A DNA stretch of 64,000 nt from Anolis carolinensis (taxonomy: Eukaryota), in NCBI RefSeq assembly GCF_035594765.1, contig NC_085844.1, positions 17,685,923-17,749,922 on the forward strand, read 5' to 3'. Position 1 is the first letter of the stretch. Each line of letters begins with the position of its first letter. The notes under the pieces were generated by a model. The model worked only from the letters and a program-made list of their open reading frames with translations, searched no databases and was not told where the DNA came from. Below, piece by piece: positions 1 through 10,287 of the stretch. Position numbers and translations under genes: made by a program.

Positions 1-374
1 ACTGGCATAGTCAAAGGAAGAAAGAGTACATGTTAGAGACACGGCCATTGGGAAACCTTTAGGTAGAGCTGTCTTAAACTGAGCACATCACTGCTGACTA
101 TGCTTTCTTCAGGGACCTGACCTACTGCTAGAATTGGATTAAGACATAATGAGTGCCTAACCTATGTCATGTGTTAGAGGCCCCATAGCAATATAACAAA
201 TTGAAATTGAATCCAGACAAGACAGAGGTACTCCTGGTCAGTCGTGAGGCAGATCAGGGTATAGGGTGGCAACCTGTGTTAGATGGGGTTACACTCCCCC
301 TGAAGGCGCAGGTGCGCAGTCTGGGGGTCCTTCTGGACTTGTTGCTAAGCCGGAGGCCCAGGTGTTGGTGGTGG

Positions 375-1253
375 TGTGATGCCCCATGGGCCTCGGAGTC
401 CTGACCCCAGCGCCTTCATGGATCATGATGATGAAAACATGGGATTTTTGCTGTCTCAACAAGAGACCGTGCCATTCCAGATGCCTGTTGTGGACAATTC
501 TTGCCAAGAACTCATTAAAACAGACCTTGAACAAGTTCTTCCTAGCGCTTCTCCCCCCTTCGCGAGATGGGAGTTCTTTGAGGCGAGCCGTTTCCAGAGA
601 GCGCAAACAAGGAGAAGCGCGAGATTAGCAGCCAGACAGGGCGCTAATTAGCTAGTTTCCCCTGGGAGCTTTCAGGGAGGAACGCATCTGGATGAAGATG
701 TGTTTCGCTTCTTTTTCCCTTGGGAAAAGAAGCTCTGGACACCTGTTTGCAGGAAGATTCGAAGTTTCTTAAAAGCTTTTCGCACGGGCAAATCTGAGCG
801 GAGTCAACGTGTCAGTTGAAGGATTAACTTCGGTTCTAGTTAAGTGTGGACTGCGTTTTGAGTCCGCTATCTCTAGTCTCTCCGTGCCTTGCCTTGCCGT
901 GTTCTTGACCGGTCACCGTGTTCCCAGCCTTGCATCTTGTGCCAAGTATCCAGTCTTGTCTTCAGTTCCTGCCTTGGACTTACTTTGAACTCTAGAAAAA
1001 CTTTGGACGCTTTCCCCACTCTAACTGCTTGAAAGTAGAGTGTGTTTCGGTTTTGGGATTACAACTTTGAACTCTAATATTATATACTGGACAATATATT
1101 TCTGGACTATATTTGACCTTCCCTGAAAGGTCTATTGCTGGACTATATTCTCTACTTGTTTTTATCCTACTATAAAATTTCCTTAATAAAGATATTAGAT
1201 TGTTATTGGCCTCCGTGTGTTGGTTCTTAGTGCTCCGCTGCCAGGGCGTGACA
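375..1253 (+). mobile_element. Solo LTR (Gypsy-like), 879 bp
   Basis: TG...CA termini with short inverted ends (TGTGATGCCC / GGGCGTGACA), perfect 5-bp TSD GGTGG (370-374, 1254-1258), AATAAA near 1185. Host L2 resumes after the TSD. Confidence 0.9.
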
Positions 1254-1422
1254 GGTGGCCAGGAGAGTCTTTGCACAATTGAAACTTGTGTGTCAGTTGA
1301 GAAGCCAAACTTGGTCATGGTGTTCCACGCCTCGGTTACATCTCATCTAGACTACTGCAATGGACTCTATGTGGGGCTCCCCCTGAAAAGTGCCTAGAAA
1401 CTTCAATTAGTCCAAAGATCCA

Positions 1423-1623
1423 TAGGTATTTTGCCTTAGTAGCCAGCCTGGATGGGCCTTCTCCTTCAGGCCTGGATGGGCCTTTCCGCCACAGCGGGAA
1501 GGCCCAGGCCTGAAGGAGAAGGAGGCAGGGGGTGGCGCCATCCTCCAGGGGGCTTGACTGCGCCCCTGGGACAATAGCGCCACAGGCAAATGCTTCCCTC
1601 ACCCGGTGGTTGGACCTCCTCTG
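1423..1623. mobile_element. GC-rich hAT-like non-autonomous transposon fragment inside the L2
   Basis: Interrupts L2 homology and ends in ggttggacctcctctg (CAG-type TIR). Left TIR and TSD not found. Confidence 0.45.
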
Positions 1624-1751
1624 GCTGCAGCCAGGCTACTTATAGGTGCTGGACCCAGGGAGCACACTCCTCTGCTACAGCACCTGCACTGGCTGTCAAT
1701 TTGTTTCCGAGCCCAATTCAAGGTGTGGGTTTGACCTTTAAATCCCTAAAC

Positions 1752-1899
1752 AAGAGGTCCCCAAACTAAGGCCCGGGGGCTGGATGCGGCCCATCGAAGC
1801 TATTTATCCAGCCCCCACAGCACAAAGGCAGAAGGGGGTTGGGCTAAATGACCCAAGGGGTCTCTTCTTCTCTTACAACCATCATCATCATCATCATCA

Positions 1900-1946
<47 letters not shown>

Positions 1947-2168
1947 ATTGAGGGTGGGTGGCCATCTTCTCAGGGGTGCTTTGCCTGTGCTTTCGGTGCA
2001 CAAAGGCAGAAGGAGTTGGACTAAATGGCCCAAAGGGTCTCTTTCAACCCACTTTTTTATTGTTGTTGTTGTTAATTATTATTGCTTGGTGGCCAGCTAT
2101 AGTCCGGCCCTCCAACGGTCCGAAGGATCGTGAACTGGCCCCTTGTTTAAAAAGTTTGGGGACCCCTG
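1752..2168. mobile_element. hAT MITE with internal microsatellites and CR1-derived segments
   Basis: TIR (c)aggggtccccaaact, 8-bp TSD CCCTAAAC (1744-1751, 2169-2176). Second copy at 12463-12962. Confidence 0.9.
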
Positions 2169-2654
2169 CCCTAAACGGTTCAGGTCCAACTTACTTATCT
2201 AACCCCATCTCCTCATACCAACCAGCCAGCTCTTTAAAAGCCCTGCTCTCACTTCCACCACCGTTGCAAACACAGCTGGCATTGACGATGGAGAGGACAT
2301 TCTCGGTGTCTGCCCAACCCTGTGGAACACCCTCGCAAAAGAAATTAAAGCAGCTCCCTACCTTGCTTCTTTTAAGAACCAACTAAATACTTTCTTGTTT
2401 TGATAGGCTTTTAGTGAAGGAAATTAATCTGGAATGACAGGAAGCATTATACGTTATGGACTGGAGCAAAGTGCAATATATCTCAACATAATGCCATATG
2501 AATGTGAATGTACATTGTAACTGTTTCTTAAATTTGCTTATTTCATGATGTTTATATTTATTATTGATGTATTTTGATGGTTGTTTATGTGATTTTACTA
2601 TGATGTAAGCAGCTTTGGGTCCTGTGAGGGAGAAAAGCAGGATATAAATAAAGA

Positions 2655-2655
<1 letters not shown>

Positions 2656-2717
<62 letters not shown>

Positions 2718-3283
2718 CACAACAAGATTAGTTCACAGCAAACAAGATCACTATGCTGGCAGTTGCATTGGATCACATGTTGGACACTTCCCAAATGTCT
2801 AGGACTATGTGATGTATCGGCGGATAATGCGTGCAGATCTGAGTAGGGTAGCCTTTTGCTGCTGATAGATGGTAATTTTGTCAGCACCAATTGTTTTCAA
2901 GTGTAGGCCAAGGTCTTTAGGCAATGCACCACTGGGGCCACCTTTACTGGCTTGTGCCAGAGTCTTTGCAGTTTGATCTTTAAATTCTCGTATTGCGTCA
3001 GCTTTTCCAGTTGCATTTCATCGATTCTGCAGTCACCTGGGATTGCAACATCAACGATCCATACTTTGGTTTTTAACGCAATTGTGAGGTCAGGAGTATT
3101 GTGCTCCAAAACTCTGTTAGTCTGAATTTGGAAGTCCCAGAGTAGTTTTACATGTTTATTTTCTGTAACTTTTTCTGGCTTGTGATCCCACCAGTTCTTT
3201 GTCACTGGCTGATGGTATTTGTGGCACAAGTTCCAATGGATCATCTGGGAAACGGTTTTATGCCTAATAATAATAATAATAAC

Positions 3284-3325
<42 letters not shown>
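2656..3325 (-). mobile_element. R4/Dong-clade LINE 3' fragment (restriction-like endonuclease) between (TTA)n and (TAA)n arrays
   Basis: ORF 2897-3244 reads IHWNLC...LLWDF.IQT...HNTPDL...IVDVAIP...K..Y, the RLE PD-(D/E)xK region of R4 elements. Confidence 0.85.
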
Positions 3326-3490
3326 TGTGTATCTATGTTAACTACAGCACAACTCTATCTGCAAGAGATAAGTTGTGTGGATATTTGAAACCATGGATTC
3401 ATTATTTATTTGTTTACTTCATTTCTATCCCACTTTTCTCACCTCGTAGGGGACTCAAGAGTGGCATATGTCATTATGAGGTGGATAACC

Positions 3491-3491
<1 letters not shown>

Positions 3492-3540
<49 letters not shown>
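3492..3540. repeat. (AAT)n microsatellite
   Basis: Direct reading of sequence. Confidence 0.95.
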
Positions 3541-4338
3541 GCTACTCCTTTGATTACAGCTCCAATGGCCAGATTGGCTGGGAGAATCTGTGACTTGTAG
3601 TCCAGAAAATAGTATTTTTTCCTCAAGGATAAAGAGCTGTATTTGGTTGCAACTTCCTCTGGTTGAGTGCCTTCTAATGATTTCTGACTTATAGCAACAC
3701 TAAGCAAACCCTATCACAGGGTTTTCTCTATTTTTATATCAAATTCTGGCCTAAAACTATTGTCACCTCCTTTGAGCATCCTTGCTTTTCTAGATTTCAA
3801 TTGTTTGCCAGCTGGACAAGTTCTTAGAAAATGAAATGTTCTTAGGAAAGGAAACTGGTTTCTTGAATCTTCCTTAAATGCATGGAAAAATACATGATTA
3901 GGCTGAGTGCAGAGAGAATTTAAAGAAGGTGCAATTGAATTTTGAGAATGTGCTGATATGCTCTCCTAGACGTCATATATCAGGACTATTTTGGACAACC
4001 AGTTGTCTCTTCCGTGGTAGGAACTGATAATGGATGTTTTGAAGTGGGTAGGTTAAGGAGTCCTTCCTGCCTGACCCTAGGAATTATCACTTATTATCAG
4101 GTGATAACAGAGAAAAAGACAGTAAAGACCACTATTTGTACCGTGCGAAAAGAACTTCGCACGGCACGAAAAGAAGCCAAGACGAAATTGCTAGTTGCAA
4201 TATTAAGTTCCTTACTAGACGTTGCCCTTTAGGAAGTTAGTCAGTCTCTGCAATCATTCATGAAGTTGTCTCAGGAAAAGTGTGCTTTTCTCTCCATTCA
4301 GCTTTAGGTCCATTGGCTGCTCATGTGACATATCCGTG

Positions 4339-5769
4339 CAGGGCCGGCCGGAGATATTTTTGAATGTGAAGCGGGGGTGCTGAAAAGCGCCCCTGCCACC
4401 GGCCCCGCCTCCCGCGCCCTGGCCCCACCCAGTGTGCCCTGGCCCCGCCTCCCACGCTGTGTGGGAGGCAGGGCCAGGGCGAATAGTGAGGGAGGCGGGG
4501 CCAGAGTTGGCCCCGCCCCCTGCCCAGCATGCCCTGGCCCCGCCTCCCACGCAGCGTGGGAGGCGGGGCCAGGGCACGCTGGGCGGGGGGCAGAGCCAGA
4601 GTTGGCCCCGCCTCCCACGCTACTCCTGCTCGCCCGTCTGGCCTTTTCTAGCTGGCCAGACTGCAGCGGAGGTCCCTGCAGGCAATCGTGGCCTGCAGGG
4701 ACCTCCGCTGCAGTCTGGCCAGCTAGAAAAGGCCAGACGGGCGAGCGGGAGTAGCGTGGGAGGCGGGGCCAACTTTGCCCCCCCACCCAGTGTGCCCTGG
4801 CCCCGCCTCCCACGCTGTGTGGGAGGCAGGGCCAGGGCGAATAGTGAGGGAGGCGGGGCCAGAGTTGGCCCCGCCCCCTGCCCAGCATGCCCTGGCCCCG
4901 CCTCCCACGCAGCGTGGGAGGCGGGGCCAGGGCACGCTGGGCGGGGGGCAGAGCCAGAGTTGGCCCCGCCTCCCACGCTACTCCCGCTCGCCCGTCTGGC
5001 CTTTTCTAGCTGGCCAGACTGCAGCGGAGGTCCCTGCAGGCCGCGATTGCGGCCTGAAGGGACCTCCGCTGCAGTCTGGCCAGCTAGAAAAGGCCAGACG
5101 GGCGAGCGGGAGTAGCGTGGGAGGCGGGGCCAACTTTGCCCCCCCGCCCAGCGTGCCTTGGCCCCGCCTCCCACACTGCGTGGGAGGCAGGGCCAGGGCA
5201 CGCTGGGCGGGGGGGGCGGGGCCAGAGCTGGCCCCGCCTCCCACGCTACTCCCGCTCGCCCGTCTGGCCTTTTCTAGCTGGCCAGACTGCAGCGGAGGTC
5301 CCTCCAGGCCACAATCGCGGCCTGGAGGGACCTCCGCTGCAGTCTGGCCAGCTAGAAAAGGCCAGACGGGCGAGCGGGAGTAGCGTGGGAGGCGGGGCCA
5401 GCTCTGGCCCCCCCGCCCAGCGTGCCCTGGCCCCGCCTCCCACGCAGCGTGGGAGGCGGGGCCAGGGCACGCTGGGCGGGGGGCGGGGCCAGAGTTGGCC
5501 CCGCCTCCCGCGCTACTCCCGCTCGCCCGTCTGGCCTTTTCTAGTTGGCCAGACTGCAGCGGAGGTGCCTGCAGGCCGCGATTGCGGCCTGGAGGGACCT
5601 CCGCTGCAGTCTGGCCAGCTAGAAAAGGCCAGACGGGCCAGGGCGCACTGGGCGGGAGGCGGGGCACCGTCAGGGCGGTGCCCCGCCTCCCGCCCAGCCT
5701 GACGGCGCCCCCCCCGGACCTGCGCCCGAGGCGGCGGCGTCTGGTGCCTCTATAGTGGGGCCGGCCCTG
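4339..5769. mobile_element. Young non-autonomous hAT element with internal GC-rich palindromic minisatellite
   Basis: 11-bp TIR CAGGGCCGGCC, perfect 8-bp TSD TATCCGTG (4331-4338, 5770-5777), four long palindromic units inside. Confidence 0.92.
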
Positions 5770-6486
5770 TATCCGTGCCATCCTTTGCAATTTACTAGTT
5801 GAAAAATTTAAAAAAACATTTATTTTACAAGATTGCAAAATTAATGAGACAGAGAATGTGAATTTTCCCCAAATATGTATATTAAATTAAAACCAACCAA
5901 AACGGATAACAAGAATAACAAGAGTTTGGATGTTATAAGTAACGATTTGCATATCTTTAAGGCTTTCTTCCTCTAACAAAGGTGTAACTAAAGTTACATT
6001 ACTACTTTAACTTAATGAAAAAGTCACTGAATTTGTGGCACAACTTTGACTATTTTAGTAAGAGTTTTAGAGTTACAATCATGAGGCAAGAGAAAAGAAG
6101 CACACACGAGGCGTAATATGGATTCTGCACACCTGATTTCCTTCTGTGACTACAGGTTGAGTATGCCTTATCTGAAATACTTGGGTCAGAAGTGTTTTGG
6201 ATTTTGGACTTTTTTTGGATTTTGAAATATTTGCATATACAAAATACAATATTTTGGAAATGAGACCCAAATCTAAACATGAAGTTGATACATATTTCAT
6301 TGAGACTTCGTACATGTAGCCTGAAGGCAAATGGATAAATAATACTTTTAATACTTTGGTGTACAAAACAAAGGTTGTGTATACTGAAGCATCAGAAAGC
6401 AAAGGTTTCACAGTGTTGTTGAAGGCTTTCATGGCCAGAATCACTGGGTTGTTGTGCATTTTCCGGGCTGTATGACCATGTTCCAG

Positions 6487-6530
6487 AAGCATTCTCTCCT
6501 GACATTTCACCCACATCTATGGCAGGCATC
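6487..6530 (-). ncRNA. Minimal type-I hammerhead ribozyme motif in inverted Penelope pLTR (CpG-decayed)
   Basis: Minus strand reads CTGAAGA-tgcctgccatagatgtgggt-GAAAT-GTC-agg. Confidence 0.55.
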
Positions 6531-7043
6531 TTCAGAAGTTGTGAGATATATTGGAAAACTAAGCAAAGATTAACTCAGCCAGAGAAGTTGGCCATAGCAG
6601 AGCACTTGATGAACCAAACTGGACACAGTATATTATCTGAGAACACAGAAATGCTTGACCATTCCAACAACTATCATGTCAGACTACACAGAGAAGCCAT
6701 TGAAATCCACAAGCATGTTGACAATTTCAACAGAAAGGAGGAAACCATGAAAATGAACAAAATCTGGTACCAGTAGTTAAAAATTCTAAAATCAGAACAG
6801 TAAATAAAGAGCAACACTCAGAAAACTGAGGAATTACAGACATGAATCAATCAGAGGTAGCTAACACCTCTGAACAAAAGATTCCTCCAGGCAGGAAGAA
6901 GCCAGGTCATGAAGCTTGCAAGGCCATTAATGTTAATCAAGGTGATTAATTACAACATTCACACTGGCTTCCAACAGCCTCCCACCCTGGACCTGCCACA
7001 GATATATAAACCTCATTTGCTTAGTTTTCCAGTATACCTCACA

Positions 7044-7085
7044 ACCTCTGAGGATGCCTGCCATAGATGTGGGCGAAACATCAGG
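7044..7085 (+). ncRNA. Minimal type-I hammerhead ribozyme motif in Penelope pLTR (helix III mutated)
   Basis: acct-CTGAGGA-helix II-GAAAC-ATC-agg. Confidence 0.6.
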
Positions 7086-8368
7086 AGAGAATGCTTCTGG
7101 AACATGGCCATACAGCCCGGAAAATGCACAACAAAGGTTTCACAATCTCAGTCACTGATGTGGGCAATTTTGGAGCATTTTGGAGTTTGGAATTCCAGAT
7201 TAGGGATCTGTATTTGCACAACCTTGCTTCTATTTGTTAATAATGCCAGTTTAAAATGAAGGCAGCTTGCTTTGCATAGAATCAAACTAGATCTTAAGAG
7301 GAATCCGTATTACCTCCAGTTAAGCTTCAGCAACTGCTTGCCAGATGCATATGATCTGATGTTTTACAAAGGAGGCATTAAACTCTTTACAATTTCCTTG
7401 CTTATTTATTATTTGATGGGTGTGCTCTCCTATGTGTAATTTATTGTGGTTTGTCTTGGAAAGCTTTTAGTGATGTTGTAATCTGCTTTGTATCCCAACT
7501 CAAATAAACAAATAATGAACAAAATAATTCCCTCAGAGGTATATCCTTTAGCAATCAGACTTGCAAATTAAGTCTGTGTTTATCTTCCAATGACCGACCA
7601 TAAATCACAGTGTGTTAAGTACAATGGTTATGACGAACATATGTCTTGTATCATGTCTTTCACCACTTGAAGGAGCACCTCTTCTAAATACAGGCCAGTC
7701 ATACGTGTTTCTCCTTTGTCTGGAACTCTGTAATCCTTGAATACAGCCTCCAAGAGCATTAGGTCTCTAGGGACAGATGTGCTACACACTAGCTACATAT
7801 TACTTGCATGCTTTGTATTATGTTTCCAAACCTAAGTACAACGGCTGCCAACTGGAATGTGAAGCTTTTGATGTATTCCAGCATCTGTAAAAGGATGAAA
7901 CACTAGGGATCACACATCCCTTGTTGCAATGGCTCCACTGCCTAACAGTTGTTTCTGGGCACAACCCATAAAGAGTTAAGTGGATCAGGTCCAAACAACT
8001 TTGCATACTATATCTCCCTGTATGAAGTGGCCTGGGCTCTGAAATCATCAGGAGAGGCACTTCTCTCAGACTTCATCGACATTGCCATATAATGCAGTTT
8101 ATCAGCACTGAACTGCATTATATGACAATGTGGACTCATATAATCCAGTTCAGTGCAGTCCCAGACCTGACACATTTGCAAGCATGTTTTAATTGTGTTA
8201 TAATTCTTTGGGTCCAATTTTGGGAAGAGAATGGGATTATGATACAATTTCCTTTATCCACGGGACCAGTGTCCACAGATTTATTTACTCATGTCTGACA
8301 AATTATGTCCCAAGAAAACTATGACTCTATCGTATTCTCGGGGGGTCAGAAATTCTTCATAACCACAG

Positions 8369-8726
8369 GGTTGTTGTATGTCTTTCGGGCTGTGTGGCCA
8401 TGTTCCAGAAGCATTCTCTCCGGACGTTTTGCCCACATCACTGGGAAGCCAGCATTAATGTTTCAGTTAATCACCCTAATTAGCATTGGAAAGGTTTTGT
8501 CTCTTGCATTAATGCTGGCTTCCCAGTGACAAAGGACTCTTGCCACACCCTGGACTCTCCACAGATTCCTTTCCTTGCCTAAGTTTATCCATACCTCACA
8601 ACCTCTGAGGATGCCTGCCATAGATGTGGGCGAAACGTCAGGAGAGAATGCTTCTGGAACATGGCCACACAGCCCGAAAGACATACAACAACCCTGTGAT
8701 CCTGGCCATGAAAGCCTTCGACAACA
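8369..8726 (+). mobile_element. Penelope remnant made of inverted pLTR pieces, inserted in an old MITE
   Basis: 14-bp TSD CTTCATAACCACAG (8355-8368, 8727-8740). pLTR matches 6413-7131. Internal inverted repeat at 8438-8529. Confidence 0.85.
8601..8642 (+). ncRNA. Intact minimal hammerhead ribozyme motif (PLE type)
   Basis: cct-CTGAGGA-tgcctgccatagatgtgggc-GAAAC-GTC-agg: both core boxes, palindromic ACGT helix III and a GUC cleavage triplet. Confidence 0.75.
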
Positions 8727-9333
8727 CTTCATAACCACAGTTTTGCATGGTCCGGGAATGTATCCCCCATGGCTATAGATGAGTTGTACTCTATAAAGAC
8801 CGTAACCATCATCTGATTTTGCATATCATATCTCTTAATTGTGCCATTTCCCTAGTGGTGTGAAATGTTAGCTCTTTGTAACCCGCTGCCAGAAAAGGCA
8901 GCTTTCCAAAAGAGGCTTAGTTTTTTTCAGTCTGATGCTGCCGTGAAGAATTCCACTAAAACCATTTACATGTGTATTAAGGTTATGGAGGCCTTGAGAA
9001 AAATGAGGGATGACTCTCGACAAAATATTTGAAATTAATCAGAACATTGTTTTGGTGTGAGAGGGAACTGGCTGACTCAGGGGATTTCATGACAGTTGTG
9101 TAGAATAAGCGTCAGAAAAAAGAAACACTTAGATGATACAATATTTTAAGAGATTTACTCAATTGCTCCAATGATTCGTATTATCCAGCATCCTTATCCC
9201 CAGCTGTTAAGGTGAAAGATTTTAAAAACACAAGCTCACACTGAAGTCTAGGAAAATGCAGGTGAGCATGCAGGTACTGCTTCCCACAACTCAAAAGTTC
9301 CATGTGTAGTTTCACAATATGTGGAATCAAATA

Positions 9334-9660
9334 CAGTAGGGTCTCATTTATCCAACCTCTGTATTATCCAATGCAGTCAGCCTTTTAGTAGTCAATGTTT
9401 TTGTAGTCAATGTTTTCAATACATTGTGATATTTTGGTGCTAAATTTTAAATACAGTAATTACTACATTACGTTACCGTGTATTGAACTGTTTTTTCTGT
9501 CGATTTGTTGTAAAACATGATGTTTTGGTGCTTAATTTGTAAAATCATAACATAATTTAATGTTTAATAGGCTTTTCCTCAATCCCTCCTTATTATCCAA
9601 CATTTTCACTTATCCAACGTTCTGCCGGCCCGTTTATGTTGGATTTGTGAGTCTCTACTG
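9334..9660. mobile_element. Tc1/mariner MITE (CAGTAGAGTCTCAC TIR family)
   Basis: TIRs and TA TSD. Same family at 26015-26337 and 50517-50839. Confidence 0.9.
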
Positions 9661-9851
9661 TACTCCCAAACATGATATGCCAGTGTTGTGGCCTTGCAAC
9701 TGGAACTAGTACAAAATAGACATCTTGAAGATGGATCCAAAAGCAAAAACCAGAGGATTTAGGGCCTTCAAATATTTGGAGCAGGATCTCCCAAAATTCC
9801 TCACCATTGGCCATATTGTCTTAGACTTCTGGGAGTTGAAGTCCAAAATGC

Positions 9852-10153
9852 ACAGGTTGAGCATCCCTTATATGGAGTTCAGTAATAATCGAAAACCCAA
9901 AATTCTCTATGCTGGAGGCTGAGATAGTGACATCTTTGCTTTCTGATCCTTGTTGTTTCATGTACCAAATTATCATAAAATTACCTTCAGTGTCACAGGT
10001 CTATGAAACATAAATGATTTTTGTGTTTAGAGTTGGGTGCAATCACCAAGATATCTCATGATGTATGTATATGCAAACATAGGTATTTCAAAATCTTTTA
10101 AAAAATCCAAAATATGTCAGGGTCCCATTTCAGATAAGGAATACCCAAGCTGT
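9852..10153. mobile_element. Old Tigger-like MITE
   Basis: Imperfect TIRs caggttgagcatccctta ... taaggaatacccaagctg. Similar to the 6153 and 18053 copies. Confidence 0.65.
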
Positions 10154-10287
10154 ATGGGAGGGCACTATGAGCTTGCTTCTCCCAGGTCACAATCTGTAGT
10201 TTGATATTTGTCAGGTACCTCCTGCCCTCCGCTTGCATTCAATAAATGGCCGTAGCAGCCCTTTCAGGGCAGAAGGCATCTAGAGTG

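Larger units (their letters stand above)
200..2655 (+). mobile_element. 5'-truncated L2-clade LINE (ORF2 3' part + 3'UTR), interrupted by a solo LTR and two DNA-transposon insertions
   Basis: Translations LKLNPDKTEVL...VRSLGVLLD, HASVTSHLDYCNGLYVGLP and LQHLHWL are typical of the L2 RT C-terminus. L2-type 3' end tgtaagcagctttgggtcc...gaaaagcaggatataaataaa. Confidence 0.85.
6413..7131 (+). mobile_element. Penelope-like element: inverted pLTR + GIY-YIG C-terminus + 3' pLTR
   Basis: Translation EKLAIAEHLMNQTGH...HVRLHREAIEIHKH (PLE GIY-YIG). pLTR is inverted at 6413-6545 and direct at ~7040-7131. 13-bp TSD CAAAGGTTTCACA (6400-6412, 7132-7144). Confidence 0.88.
6153..7210. mobile_element. Tc1/mariner (Tigger-like) MITE split by a Penelope insertion
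   Basis: Starts TA|caggttgagtatgccttatc and resumes after 7132. Relatives at 9852-10153 and 18053-18890. Confidence 0.7.

Noticed and set aside
4420-5640. CRISPR-like or attC-like array of palindromic repeats
   Set aside because: No unique spacers, no cas or integrase gene, vertebrate context, and bounded by hAT TIR/TSD.
4254-5838. Many long overlapping ORFs (up to 286 aa) on both strands
   Set aside because: Artefact of a stop-poor GC-rich palindromic repeat inside a hAT element; the same peptides appear on both strands.
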